Source of the DNA: Candidatus Poribacteria bacterium
Lineage (GTDB): Bacteria > Poribacteria > WGA-4E > PCPOR2b
DNA: 64,000 bases
Direction: 5' to 3'
Assembly: GCA_965208325.1 (NCBI GenBank)
Contig: OZ242326.1
Location: forward strand, 3,840,001 to 3,904,000
The translations under genes were made by a program, and so were the position numbers. The notes under the pieces are model-generated. The model saw nothing but the letters and a program-made list of their open reading frames with translations. It was not told the origin of the DNA and did not search any database. Positions 48,748-59,002 of the stretch are shown in pieces (positions within the stretch are counted from its first letter, which is position 1; the number at the start of each line of letters is the position of its first letter).

Positions 48748-50691
48748 GTGGGGGTAAAAGGATTGAAAATTTTTGTGCCGGGGCGTATTTGTCTATTTGG
48801 AGAGCACAGCGATTGGGCAGGCGGCTATCGCCGAACGAATGCCAGTTTGAAGAAAGGCTACACAATAATCACGGGCACTAGCCAAGGACTGTACGCGGAA
48901 GTTAAACCGCACCCAACCAAGCTGATTCTTTCAACCTCGTTGAGCGATGGAACGAGCGAAGGCCCCTTTGAATTGCCTATGGAGCGTGGGGCACTTCGAG
49001 AAGAGGCGGAAAAAGGCGGTTTTTTCAGTTATGCTGCCGGCGTCGCTTATCAGGTTCTTACGCACTACCGCGTGCGCGGCCTCGAAATCAATAACTATCA
49101 TACAGATCTGCCGGTGAAGAAAGGGCTTTCGTCCAGCGCTGCGGTCTGCGTGCTAGTCGCCCGCGCCTTCAACCGTATTTATGATTTAAAAATGACGGTT
49201 CGCGGCGAAATGGAGTGCGCTTACCTCGGCGAGATTACGACGCCTTCCCGCTGCGGACGCATGGATCAGGGATGCGCTTACGGGAATCGCCCCATTATGA
49301 TGACCTTCGACGGCGATCAGATTGATGTCCAGCCCCTTAGTATTTCGAAAGATTTGTTCTTTGTAATCGTTGACCTCGGCGCCAGTAAAGACACAAAAGA
49401 AATTCTGAACAGATTGAATCACTGTTATCCTTTTGCTGAAGGCGAACTTCAAAAGAATGTTCAAAAATATTTGGGGCGGATTAACGCCCAAATAACCCGC
49501 GAAGCGTCTGATGCACTGCGCAAAGGCGATGCGACGCGAATCGGCAGCCTCATGAACACAGCGCAGGCAGAATTCGACAAGCATCTTCAACCCGCATGTC
49601 CGTCGCAATTGACTGCTCCCGTCCTACACAAAGTGCTGAATTACGAAGCCATTCAGACGTATATTTTTGGTGGAAAAGGCGTAGGCTCGCAAGGTGATGG
49701 ATCTGCGCAATTTATTGTCAAAGATGAAGCTTGCCAGCGGAAGGTCATGGATATCCTTGAACGCGATTTTCAGATGTCATGTTTGAAGCTGGTAATTCAG
49801 TCCGGGCGGAGCGTAAAAAAGGCAGTCATCCCCGCGGCAGGTTTTGGCACCCGTCTGTTCCCTGCCTCAAAAGCCATTAAGAAGGAGCTTTTTCCTATCA
49901 TCGATCGACAAGGACGAGCCAAGCCCGTGATAATGGCAATTGTCGAGGAAGCAATCAGCGCCGGAATTGAAGAGGTCTGCTTGATTGTGCAAAACAGTGA
50001 CCGCAGGCTGTTCGAGGAGTTTTTCAGCGCACCGCCGCCGGTGGAAAACTTCAATAAACTATCGCGGGCGGATCAGGAGTATTGCCGGTATCTCCTCGAC
50101 CTCGGACACCGGATTACACTGGTGACCCAAGATGTTCAGGAAGGATTTGGACATGCCGTGTTTTGTGCGCGGGAATGGGTTGGGAATGAACCCTTTCTAC
50201 TCATGTTGGGGGATCACCTGTATGCGTCGGATTGTGAGACCCCGTGCGCGCGGCAACTTTTGGACGTATACGATCGCGCAGGGCACAGCGTGGTTGGATT
50301 GAAAACTACACCGGCATCAGAAATCCACAAGTTCGGTTGCGTAAACGGGATTTGGCAAGAGCACGGTTCTCTGCTTTCGGTGACGGCGTTCCACGAAAAG
50401 CCTGATATCGATTATGCTCGTGAACATCTGCATGTGGAAGGCCTGGAAACCAATCAATTTCTAACCCTATTCGGACAGTATGTTATCACTCCAAATATCT
50501 TCCACTATTTGGAAGAACATATCGCGCATAACGTCCGCGAACGGGGAGAATTTCAGTTGACGTCATGTCTCGACAAGTTGCGGCAAGAGGAGGGATTTTC
50601 GGGTTATCTTGTCAAAGGTAAGTGTTTTGACATCGGCCTCCCGGAGGCATACCGAAAATCAATGATCGCCCTGCAGGCGGCTTATCAATAA
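48748..50691 (+). CDS. GHMP sugar kinase fused to a GalU-like nucleotidyltransferase
   Basis: PGRICLFGEH, P.KKGLSSSAA, CGRMDQ; then KKAVIPAAGFGTRLFPASK..KKE, QEGFGHAV, LGDH, GEFQLT. Confidence 0.9.
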   Translation: MGVKGLKIFVPGRICLFGEHSDWAGGYRRTNASLKKGYTIITGTSQGLYAEVKPHPTKLILSTSLSDGTSEGPFELPMERGALREEAEKGGFFSYAAGVAYQVLTHYRVRGLEINNYHTDLPVKKGLSSSAAVCVLVARAFNRIYDLKMTVRGEMECAYLGEITTPSRCGRMDQGCAYGNRPIMMTFDGDQIDVQPLSISKDLFFVIVDLGASKDTKEILNRLNHCYPFAEGELQKNVQKYLGRINAQITREASDALRKGDATRIGSLMNTAQAEFDKHLQPACPSQLTAPVLHKVLNYEAIQTYIFGGKGVGSQGDGSAQFIVKDEACQRKVMDILERDFQMSCLKLVIQSGRSVKKAVIPAAGFGTRLFPASKAIKKELFPIIDRQGRAKPVIMAIVEEAISAGIEEVCLIVQNSDRRLFEEFFSAPPPVENFNKLSRADQEYCRYLLDLGHRITLVTQDVQEGFGHAVFCAREWVGNEPFLLMLGDHLYASDCETPCARQLLDVYDRAGHSVVGLKTTPASEIHKFGCVNGIWQEHGSLLSVTAFHEKPDIDYAREHLHVEGLETNQFLTLFGQYVITPNIFHYLEEHIAHNVRERGEFQLTSCLDKLRQEEGFSGYLVKGKCFDIGLPEAYRKSMIALQAAYQ

Positions 50692-50807
50692 CCCTCGTAA
50701 GTGGATTGACAACGTTCAACCTCCCCAATCCCACCATATTCTCAACCCAAAGATGAGTAACCTTCTCCCCTCAGACTCATTTTTTCCCCAGTGCTCCGTA
50801 CTCAGGA

Positions 50808-51089
50808 TTACGATGTTTTGCGTTGGTCAGGGAACGAAGTCATTTGCCTCGGAATAACAAACTGCTCAATCAACCGTCGAAATCGTGACGCGTAGATGAG
50901 TTGATATAAGCCCATCTGGTCCGGTATAAGTTTCTCGGCTTGAACCCGTGTTTGGTTAATTAGTTCCACGGCTTCCCACAACGTCAGGTTACCCCATTGC
51001 AACTGCTCGCTTGTACAATCGACGACTGTTTTGAGTTGGGTTAGCAAAGTGTCTTCCGTAGAATTGGCGTGCATAATACACCGTACCAT
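50808..51089 (-). CDS. Hypothetical helical protein
   Basis: 93 aa ORF co-directional with the MBL gene; contains YQLIYASRFRRLIEQF. Confidence 0.6.
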   Translation of the reverse strand: MVRCIMHANSTEDTLLTQLKTVVDCTSEQLQWGNLTLWEAVELINQTRVQAEKLIPDQMGLYQLIYASRFRRLIEQFVIPRQMTSFPDQRKTS

Positions 51090-51112
51090 TGAAAGTCACG
51101 TGAATCGGTATT

Positions 51113-51823
51113 TCAACTCAAGGTTCCACCGGGTTTGAGTTCAATGATTTCCACAGCAAGGTCCGCGGTCAGTTCACGCAGCGCATCCGGTGTTCCGGTT
51201 AGCACTGGAAACGTCCCGTAGTGCATGGGAATGATGGTAGGAACATTAAGCAATCTCGCTGCATACGCCGCCTCCCTCGGTCCCATGGTGAAGTAATCCC
51301 CGATCGGAAGGAGTGCGAGATCCGGTTGGTAAATTTCGCTGATGATTCGCATATCACTAAACACGTTTGTGTCCCCGGCGTGGTAAATCTTATATCCATT
51401 TGGAAATTCGACGATATACCCGGCCGGTTCGCCGCCGTAAACGATTGAACCATCGGCTTCCGTAATACCGTTGCTGTGATTTGCATGAACCATCGTCACG
51501 TTAATCCCGTTTACAGTTTGAGTCCCGCCTTTATTCATGGCGCTGATGTTCTCGACGCCTTGCGCTTCAAGCCAACTACCGGTTTCGAGAATCGCCACTA
51601 CTGTGGGTGTATATTCCTTTGCTAACTCGACAGCGTCTGCGAAGTGATCAGCGTGCGCGTGCGTGATGAGCATAGTGTCAATTTTATCAAATGTTTTGAG
51701 GTCGTCCGGGCAAGACGGATTGTTCATCACCCACGAATCAATTAAGGTAGTTTGTCCATCAAATTCAACCTTAAACGTCGCATGTCCCAGCCATGTGAGT
51801 TGAATGCCGTTTTTCAGTGCCAT
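51113..51823 (-). CDS. UPF0173 metallo-beta-lactamase-fold hydrolase
   Basis: WLGHA, THAHADH, YHAGDT, LPIGD.FTMGP, IPMHY. Confidence 0.92.
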   Translation of the reverse strand: MALKNGIQLTWLGHATFKVEFDGQTTLIDSWVMNNPSCPDDLKTFDKIDTMLITHAHADHFADAVELAKEYTPTVVAILETGSWLEAQGVENISAMNKGGTQTVNGINVTMVHANHSNGITEADGSIVYGGEPAGYIVEFPNGYKIYHAGDTNVFSDMRIISEIYQPDLALLPIGDYFTMGPREAAYAARLLNVPTIIPMHYGTFPVLTGTPDALRELTADLAVEIIELKPGGTLS

Positions 51824-51957
51824 GTAGTATCCTCCGTAATGTAAACCATTATGTTCAATTGATGTGCGCTTTGCAAATAGTTTAAATAGATAATCGCTGT
51901 CAGTTCGCTGTCCAATTATACATGGGCTGCATGACCCTTTCAACCAGAATTTTGATA

Positions 51958-51986
51958 TTGACGACAGCCAATACAGCCGTTATAAT
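51958..51986 (+). promoter_or_regulatory. Sigma70-type promoter
   Basis: TTGACG-N17-TATAAT upstream of the FAH gene. Confidence 0.65.
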
Positions 51987-52051
51987 CAACCATCGTAAAG
52001 TCTTAACCGCCCTAAGGTTCTTGAACTAATACCCAAAGAGTAGGAGAGCCA

Positions 52052-52987
52052 ATGAAATTAGTAAGTTTTCAGAGTTCTGATGGCACCAAACTGGGTGCAC
52101 TCATCGACGACCGAATCTTAGATCTCCAGACCACCTACCGAGCTGCCGTCGTAGATCCGGCTCTGCCCAAACTCTTAGCCGGCATGGACGCTTTTCTCGA
52201 AAGCGGGCAACGTGCATTTGATGCTGCGACTCATTCCATTCGTGTTGCGGAGGCGTCCCCTGAGAAAGCAGTTTGGGTGAAGGCTCCGCTCTTGCCGCCT
52301 GTTCCCAACCCAAACAAGATATTGCTGCTTGCCGGAAACTATGCCGCCCATATTGAAGAAGGCGGCGGTAAAGCTTTGAGTAAGGTAGAGACCACGCCGC
52401 GTGTATTCATGAAACCGCCAAGCACAACTCTGATAGCAACCGAACAACCCATTGTTATTCCCGCTAACGGTGCATTCATTGACTGGGAAGCTGAGCTCGG
52501 CATCGTCATCGGAAAACGCGGAAGATTTATCAGTGCCCACGATGCTCACGACTACGTCGCGGGATATACCATTGTCAACGATGTGTCAGAGCGTAGGTTA
52601 AAAGTCAAGGACTCGCGGGTTCCCCGGGACGGAGATGGATGGTTTGATTGGCTCAATGGAAAATGGTTTGACACGTTCGCGCCGATTGGCCCCTGCTTGG
52701 TAACCAAGGACGACATTCCAAATCCGGATGATTTGCATCTTACGCTGCGGCTTAACGGCGAGGTCAAGCAAGATGCCAACACCGGGCAGATGATTTTCAA
52801 CACGGCTGAGTTGGTCGAGTTTATTTCTACGCTGGTCACCCTCGAACCCGGGGATATTATATCAACTGGTACCCCGTCCGGCGTTGGACACCCCGATGAA
52901 AAACTTGCTGATGGTGATGTTGTTGAAATCGAGATCGAAAAAATCGGGGTTCTGCGAAATCCGGTTGTTCAGATGACAAACGCGTAA
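52052..52987 (+). CDS. Fumarylacetoacetate hydrolase family protein
   Basis: NYAAH, DWEAEL, NDVSER, K.FDTFAPIGP, GDIISTGTPSGVG. Confidence 0.93.
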   Translation: MKLVSFQSSDGTKLGALIDDRILDLQTTYRAAVVDPALPKLLAGMDAFLESGQRAFDAATHSIRVAEASPEKAVWVKAPLLPPVPNPNKILLLAGNYAAHIEEGGGKALSKVETTPRVFMKPPSTTLIATEQPIVIPANGAFIDWEAELGIVIGKRGRFISAHDAHDYVAGYTIVNDVSERRLKVKDSRVPRDGDGWFDWLNGKWFDTFAPIGPCLVTKDDIPNPDDLHLTLRLNGEVKQDANTGQMIFNTAELVEFISTLVTLEPGDIISTGTPSGVGHPDEKLADGDVVEIEIEKIGVLRNPVVQMTNA

Positions 52988-53031
52988 TTTTCTGCTTATC
53001 GAATAGAGATAGATAAATCGCGAGGTGACTC

Positions 53032-54111
53032 ATGAAACCGAAATCGGGAATTGAAACTATCCACCCTTATCAAGGCGGCAAACCGATTGAAGAGGTCCAA
53101 CGCGAATTAGGAATCACCGATATTATCAAATTGGCGTCAAATGAAAACCCGCTTGGACCCTCCCCCCTAGCGAAAAACGCCATCCAACGGGCGGCCGATC
53201 AGGTGCATTTTTATCCTGATGGAGATGCGTATTACCTTAAAACTGAACTTGCAAAACACGTCGGCGTAGCACCCGAGAACCTAATCTTGGGAAACGGCTC
53301 TAACGAAATTCTGCAGATAGTCGGGGAGACCTACCTGTCGCCCAATGACGAGGCAATCTATTCTGAAAGCGCATTTGTCGTGTACATGCTTGTATCCAAG
53401 ACCTGCGGCGCAAAATCAATTGTCACACCGATGCGAAGATTCACACATGACCTTGAAGCGATGGCGGACGCAATCACCGATCAAACGCGTATAGTTTTCA
53501 TTGCAAATCCGAACAACCCAACTGGTACAATCGTGACGAGTGATCAGGCGGATCAATTCATGGAGCGTGTGCCGGATGATGTGCTCGTGGTCTTTGATGA
53601 AGCATACTTTGAGTATATTTATAGGCCCGACTATCCCCACACACTGCCATTGATCCAAGAAGGCCGCAACGTCGTAATCACACGGACGTTTTCCAAGATT
53701 TACGGGCTAGCCGGTTTGCGAATCGGATACGGCATTGCGAAACCGGAGATTATCCAGATGATGAACCGTGTCCGACAGCCGTTTAACTGCAACTCAATCG
53801 CACAAGAGGCGGCAAGGGCAGCGCTAAGGGATGACGCGCATGTCCGCTTTAGCCGGCAGACTAATGCCGCGGGCAAAGCCTATCTGTACGGCGCGTTGAA
53901 TCGAATAGGAATAGAATACGTCGAGTCCGACGGTAATTTCATTCTGGTTCACCTCAATCAATCCGGTCAGACCGTCGCCGACGCGCTCATGCGGAAAGGT
54001 GTAATTGTCCGTCCCGTCGCTGGATACGGATTCCCGAATTCAATCCGAGTGACCATCGGTAAGCGTGAAGAGAATGAGCGGTTTGCAGATACCTTGAAAG
54101 ATGTATTGTAA
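53032..54111 (+). CDS. hisC: Histidinol-phosphate aminotransferase
   Basis: KLASNENPLG, GNGSNE, NPNNPTG, DEAY, RTFSKIYGLAGLRIG. Confidence 0.93.
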   Translation: MKPKSGIETIHPYQGGKPIEEVQRELGITDIIKLASNENPLGPSPLAKNAIQRAADQVHFYPDGDAYYLKTELAKHVGVAPENLILGNGSNEILQIVGETYLSPNDEAIYSESAFVVYMLVSKTCGAKSIVTPMRRFTHDLEAMADAITDQTRIVFIANPNNPTGTIVTSDQADQFMERVPDDVLVVFDEAYFEYIYRPDYPHTLPLIQEGRNVVITRTFSKIYGLAGLRIGYGIAKPEIIQMMNRVRQPFNCNSIAQEAARAALRDDAHVRFSRQTNAAGKAYLYGALNRIGIEYVESDGNFILVHLNQSGQTVADALMRKGVIVRPVAGYGFPNSIRVTIGKREENERFADTLKDVL

Positions 54112-54209
54112 TTCGAGATGCGTCGACCGGCAAAGTCGGTGAGTTGCAAATGAAGTTCAAAAAAGGTAAACCAAAAGGAATGTCCATTGCGTAGGAAAGG
54201 TTTTTTCCA

Positions 54210-54268
54210 TTGACAACCGCGGTTTAAATCGGGTATCTTTTAGGGCTGTCAAGCCAAATATCTTGACA
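54210..54268 (+). promoter_or_regulatory. Promoter and palindromic operator upstream of ylxM
   Basis: TTGACA-N18-TATCTT followed by TGTCAAG-N8-CTTGACA (54247-54268). Confidence 0.55.
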
Positions 54269-54303
54269 CCTCTAAACGAAGTCAGTGGCTGGGGCATTCC
54301 ATT

Positions 54304-54669
54304 TTGGCAATTGAAAAACTGAAGTTTGTCCACTTGTGCGATTTCTATGGAAATCTCCTAACTGAAAAACAGCGGGGATTCCTCAAACTGCATTATGAAC
54401 AAGATTTGTCGTTCGGAGAGATTGCCGCACGCTTTGATGTCACACGTCAAGCCGTCTGTGATTCAATTAAGTCAGCCGAAACTGCCCTCGAACGCTATGA
54501 GCACGCGCTAGGTCTGCTATCCGATTTTCACCGTCAGAGAGAAGTGTTTACGGATATATTGACGCGTCTTGAGGGTTTAGAACACGGACTTGATAATAGA
54601 GAAAAGATTTGTGCAATTCAATACATTAGAAAATGCGTCTACGCATTGATGGATTCTTCAGAATCCTAG
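54304..54669 (+). CDS. ylxM: YlxM/UPF0122 DNA-binding protein
   Basis: DFYGNLLTEKQ...Y..DLS..EIA....TRQAV.D; directly upstream of ffh. Confidence 0.88.
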   Translation: MAIEKLKFVHLCDFYGNLLTEKQRGFLKLHYEQDLSFGEIAARFDVTRQAVCDSIKSAETALERYEHALGLLSDFHRQREVFTDILTRLEGLEHGLDNREKICAIQYIRKCVYALMDSSES

Positions 54670-54687
54670 AGTACATTAAGGCTTCGC

Positions 54688-56067
54688 ATGTTTGAGAGTT
54701 TGACTGAAAAATTACAGGGCACCTTCAAGAAGCTTAGCGGGCGCGGAAAATTGACCGAAAAAAATGTTTCCGACGCCCTCAGAGAGGTCCGGTTTGCGTT
54801 ATTGGAAGCGGATGTAAATTACAAAATCGTCCGAGATTTTATCAATGACGTAAAGGTCAAGGCGCTAGGCCAAGAAGTGCTCGGCAGCCTAACACCCGAG
54901 CTTCAAATCGCCAAGATTTTTGGGGATGAACTCACGAAGCTAATGGGAACCGAAGTTGAGAAAGTCAAGATTGCTTCAAGCGGGCCGACAATTATTATGA
55001 TGGTGGGGCTGCAAGGTTCCGGTAAAACAACCGCGGCTGCTAAAATCGCTCTCCAATACCGCGCAGATGGGCGCCAACCGCTCTTGGTTGCCGCAGACAT
55101 TTATCGGCCGGCAGCCATTAAGCAACTTCAAATGCTCGGCGAGGAAATTGACGTGCCTGTTTTTTCCATGGGGACGGAGGTTTCGCCGGTCAATATTGTT
55201 CAAGCCGCCGTCAAGAGCGCTGTAAGTCTTGCCCAGAATTTTGTCATCGTCGACACTGCTGGACGACTGCATGTAGATGAAGAGTTAATGGAAGAACTGC
55301 GGTCGATTAAGTCGGCTGTTAGTCCCACCGAAATCCTACTTGTTGTCGATGCGATGACAGGCCAAGACGCGGTCAATATCGCCGAGAATTTTAACACCGA
55401 TTTGGACATTGACGGCGTAATTCTGTCCAAGCTCGATGGGGATGCCCGCGGCGGCGCTGCCCTCTCGATACGTGCCGTTATCCAAAAACCCATCAAGTTC
55501 GTCGGCGTTGGCGAAAAGGTTAGCCTAACGACGCTCGAAGAGTTCCATCCTGACCGAATGGCTTCGCGCATTTTGGGGCAAGGTGATTTCAGTACGTTAC
55601 TCGAAAGAGCCGAATCCGTTTTTAGTGAAGATCAAGCGAAAGAACTGGAACGTAAACTGACTGATAAACAGGGTTTGGATTTCGAAGATCTCTTAATCCA
55701 AATAGAGCAGATTAAAAAGATGGGGCCATTGGATCAGCTGATTGAGATGATTCCCGGAGCAAATAATTTGCCGATGAAAGGTATCCAAGCTGACGAGTCG
55801 CAATTGAAATACGCCAAAGCAATCGTACAATCCATGACACCCCAGGAGCGTAGAAATGCTCGCATTCTCAATCATAGCCGACGCCTTCGGATTGCCAACG
55901 GAAGCGGTACTTCAGTTCGCCAAGTGAACCAATTGGTAGAGCAACTGAAACTCATGAACCGCATGGTTAAACAACACACCGGACTTGAAATGCCTCAACT
56001 CGCGGCGAGGCAAATCGGGAAAAGACCCAAGGGTATGCAGAAGCGCAAAAAGCGCAAGAGGCGCTGA
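54688..56067 (+). CDS. ffh: Signal recognition particle protein
   Basis: ALLEADV, GLQGSGKTT, DTAGR, KLDGDARGG, M domain RIANGSG. Confidence 0.97.
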   Translation: MFESLTEKLQGTFKKLSGRGKLTEKNVSDALREVRFALLEADVNYKIVRDFINDVKVKALGQEVLGSLTPELQIAKIFGDELTKLMGTEVEKVKIASSGPTIIMMVGLQGSGKTTAAAKIALQYRADGRQPLLVAADIYRPAAIKQLQMLGEEIDVPVFSMGTEVSPVNIVQAAVKSAVSLAQNFVIVDTAGRLHVDEELMEELRSIKSAVSPTEILLVVDAMTGQDAVNIAENFNTDLDIDGVILSKLDGDARGGAALSIRAVIQKPIKFVGVGEKVSLTTLEEFHPDRMASRILGQGDFSTLLERAESVFSEDQAKELERKLTDKQGLDFEDLLIQIEQIKKMGPLDQLIEMIPGANNLPMKGIQADESQLKYAKAIVQSMTPQERRNARILNHSRRLRIANGSGTSVRQVNQLVEQLKLMNRMVKQHTGLEMPQLAARQIGKRPKGMQKRKKRKRR

Positions 56068-56111
56068 GTGAATCAGTAAATCGTTAATCTTTACGAATGA
56101 GGAGGTAATAT

Positions 56112-56534
56112 TTGCCAGTTAGACTTAGATTGCAACGCCATGGAAGAAAAAAACGCCCTTTTTATCGGCTCGTGGCTGCCGATTCGCGCAGCCAAAGGGA
56201 TGGACGCTTTCTTGAAAGGCTTGGTTACTATAATCCGTTGACCAATCCAGCGGAAATTGTTGTCAATGAAGAAAAGGCTTTGAAATGGCTGAATCAAGGC
56301 GCACGCCCATCGGATACAGCCAAGAGTCTTTTGTCAAAAGCCGGAATCTGGGAGAAGTACATCAACGAAAAATTAGGGATCGTCCAGACGAATAGCGATG
56401 GGGATAGTTCTGACCGGCATAACTCGGAAACAGAACCCGCTCCCGATGACCAACCATCGTCGTCGGCCGATGAGCCGAATTCAACTTCCGATGAAGAGGT
56501 AGAGGAAAACACAGCCTCGGAGACAACTTCGTAA
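56112..56534 (+). CDS. rpsP: 30S ribosomal protein S16 with acidic C-terminal extension
   Basis: [40 protein letters not shown]. Confidence 0.95.
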   Translation: MPVRLRLQRHGRKKRPFYRLVAADSRSQRDGRFLERLGYYNPLTNPAEIVVNEEKALKWLNQGARPSDTAKSLLSKAGIWEKYINEKLGIVQTNSDGDSSDRHNSETEPAPDDQPSSSADEPNSTSDEEVEENTASETTS

Positions 56535-56766
56535 GCACCGGAGGAATCAGACGAAGATGTGGTTCTAAACTCGATTCCATGCGCTGTGCTATTGCTTAAT
56601 ATCCAAAATTCGCCGATTGCTGAGAAGAAACGAACGAGTGAATAACGACGGATCAACCGACAGCAAAAGTTTTCGCCCTCGTTGTTCACTCGGTTGATCG
56701 ATTTGGATTTTATTGGCTGGCGGTCATTCCGAGAAGCTGAAAAACCGTACGTCATAAGGATGTTTC

Positions 56767-57006
56767 ATGTTGAAGGATTTGATTGAATTCATTGCGCAAT
56801 CTCTAGTAGACCATCCGGAGCAAGTTAAGGTACGTGAGATTGAGGAGGAAAAGGTAACGGTAGTAGAGTTGAGCGTCGCAGGCGAAGATTTGGGAAAGGT
56901 AATTGGAAAGGGCGGACGTACCGCGAAAGCCATGAGAGCTGTATTGCTTACGGCTGGAGTTAAAGCCAACAAAAAAACAGTGCTGGAAATCATCGAATCG
57001 CATTAG
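56767..57006 (+). CDS. khpA: KH-domain RNA-binding protein
   Basis: LVDHPE.V, DLGKVIGKGGRTA. Confidence 0.92.
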   Translation: MLKDLIEFIAQSLVDHPEQVKVREIEEEKVTVVELSVAGEDLGKVIGKGGRTAKAMRAVLLTAGVKANKKTVLEIIESH

Positions 57007-57062
57007 TTTCTTAATCCGCCAAAGCGCTATCCCCGTGCCAAAAAACTACGTGAGAATAGACA

Positions 57063-57470
57063 ATGGCTGTTATTGTAAAACGACCTGTTATTGTGAAGAA
57101 TATTGTCACGCAGGCTTTTAAAGAACAACTCACCGCGGAGCTAACGCAAGCAATTCAACAGATTGAGGAGTGGCTCGAACAGGAAGAATTCAAGAGTCGC
57201 CGCATGATTTCAGAAGCGCAAAAACACGATGCGCGCCGCGTCAGTCAGTTGCGTGAGCAAGCAAGACAGGAACGGGAAAAACAGGAACAGGTCAGGAACA
57301 ATCTCAAGCAGAAATTAGAACAAGTCCAGCAACTTGAAATTGACAGCCTTTTCGTCAGCGGGACGTATGATGCGCCTGTCAAAATCGAAGTTGGCGATGA
57401 CATTCGCACCAAACTGTCGCAGGCGGATATAGTTGTTAAAGACGGAATCGTTGTTCGGATTACTGAATGA
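57063..57470 (+). CDS. ylqD: YlqD-family protein
   Basis: KRPV.VK.IVT, coiled coil, VGD.......DIVVKDG.V; position between khpA and trmD. Confidence 0.8.
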   Translation: MAVIVKRPVIVKNIVTQAFKEQLTAELTQAIQQIEEWLEQEEFKSRRMISEAQKHDARRVSQLREQARQEREKQEQVRNNLKQKLEQVQQLEIDSLFVSGTYDAPVKIEVGDDIRTKLSQADIVVKDGIVVRITE

Positions 57471-58199
57471 ATGAGAATTGATGTCATCGCGCTATTCCCA
57501 GAAATCATACTTCCTGCGCTGCAAGTCGGTATCTTAAAACGAACGCAAGATGCCGGGAACTTGACAATCAATGTTCACAATCTCCGCGATTTTACCGCGG
57601 ATCGGCATCAAACCGTCGATGATTATCCGTACGGCGGCGGCGCGGGGATGATTATGAAGCCCGAACCCCTCTTTACTGCCGTCAGAACGTTGAGCCGCGA
57701 TTCGACAGCGCGAGTTATCTATTTGACGCCGCAAGGCACGCCTTTTACGCAGTCGCTTGCCGAAGCCCTTTCGCTTGAATCACATCTTCTGCTGATATGT
57801 GGGCGTTACAAAGGAATTGATGAACGCGTTCGAATGAAATTGGTCACAAACGAGATATCCATTGGGGATTACGTGCTGAGCGGGGGCGAGATTCCGGCGC
57901 TAGTTCTAATTGATGCAGTCGGGCGAGTTCTGCCGCGCGCCTTGGGAGATTATGAGTCCGCGCAGGGAGATTCTTTTAGCCAAGAGTTGCTTGATCACCC
58001 GCACTACACCAGGCCGGCCGAGTTTGAGGGTATGACAGTTCCTGAAGCACTCTTGAGTGGGAATCACGAAAAGATTACGGAATGGCGGCATGAACAATCG
58101 CTCAAACGGACGGCTGAACAACGTCCAGAACTGCTTGAGAAATATCAGCTCACTGAAGAGGATATCGCGTATTTGGATAGCCAAAAACCTGAACGATAA
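57471..58199 (+). CDS. trmD: tRNA (guanine-N1)-methyltransferase
   Basis: VDDYPYGGGAGM, CGRYKGIDER, SIGDYVLSGGE, YTRP, LLSGNH. Confidence 0.97.
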   Translation: MRIDVIALFPEIILPALQVGILKRTQDAGNLTINVHNLRDFTADRHQTVDDYPYGGGAGMIMKPEPLFTAVRTLSRDSTARVIYLTPQGTPFTQSLAEALSLESHLLLICGRYKGIDERVRMKLVTNEISIGDYVLSGGEIPALVLIDAVGRVLPRALGDYESAQGDSFSQELLDHPHYTRPAEFEGMTVPEALLSGNHEKITEWRHEQSLKRTAEQRPELLEKYQLTEEDIAYLDSQKPER

Positions 58200-58321
58200 A
58201 CCAAGAGCGTGAGGAAGTTTGGCAGGCACAAGTCCTGTCCCAACAACGGATTCATTCTCTTCAGGGGCAACCCTTGTGGTTGCCCTGCTACTAAAAAAAA
58301 TATTAAGGAAGTGAAATAACC

Positions 58322-58678
58322 ATGAATCTGATACAATCTGTTGAAAGTAAGTATATTAAGGATGATATTCCTAATTTTGGTCCAGGAGATACAGTGAGAG
58401 TGAACACCCGAATTCGTGAGGGGAAAAAGGAACGCACCCAAGCGTATGAAGGGACCGTGATTCGGCGTACTAAAGGTGGATTGAGTTCAACTTTTACGGT
58501 ACGCCGGGTTGCGTATGGCGAGGGAACCGAACGAACGTTTCCGCTGCACTCGCCAAACATTGAGAGTATTGAGGTCGTTCGATTCGGCGCCGTGCGTCGA
58601 GCCAAGCTATACTACTTACGTAATCGGACCGGTAAATCAGTGCGCATCCGTGAGAAGAAGCAGTCGAGTGACGCATAA
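58322..58678 (+). CDS. rplS: 50S ribosomal protein L19
   Basis: [31 protein letters not shown]. Confidence 0.97.
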   Translation: MNLIQSVESKYIKDDIPNFGPGDTVRVNTRIREGKKERTQAYEGTVIRRTKGGLSSTFTVRRVAYGEGTERTFPLHSPNIESIEVVRFGAVRRAKLYYLRNRTGKSVRIREKKQSSDA

Positions 58679-59002
58679 ATCTCTAAAACAACGGTGCCAT
58701 CCTAGATTTTACCACCTTTAGCGTTAGTCATTTAGGAACCCTCATAGAAATTGCCTTCGGTACGGGCGTGTCACGCATTGACTTTTGATTATTGTTATTC
58801 TTCCCCACGGCTGGGAGGTCGCATCAATTCCCCTCCTTGCCAAGGAGGGGTTAGGGGAGGTCGTAAGTTGAGATTTACTTTCCTCCATGACATGGCTTAC
58901 GATTACCCAATGTTCTCCTACAGTCTTCACTAGTTTTGGAGCCGAAACGTTTTTTTCGGGTTAATTTGTGAAAATTCTGATTTCTACAGCTGTGCAAGGC
59001 CT

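Noticed and set aside
56535..56766. Possible ncRNA between rpsP and khpA
   Set aside because: The hairpin GATCAACCGA...TCGGTTGATC belongs to the dispersed repeat family also seen near 3108-3136 and 22492.
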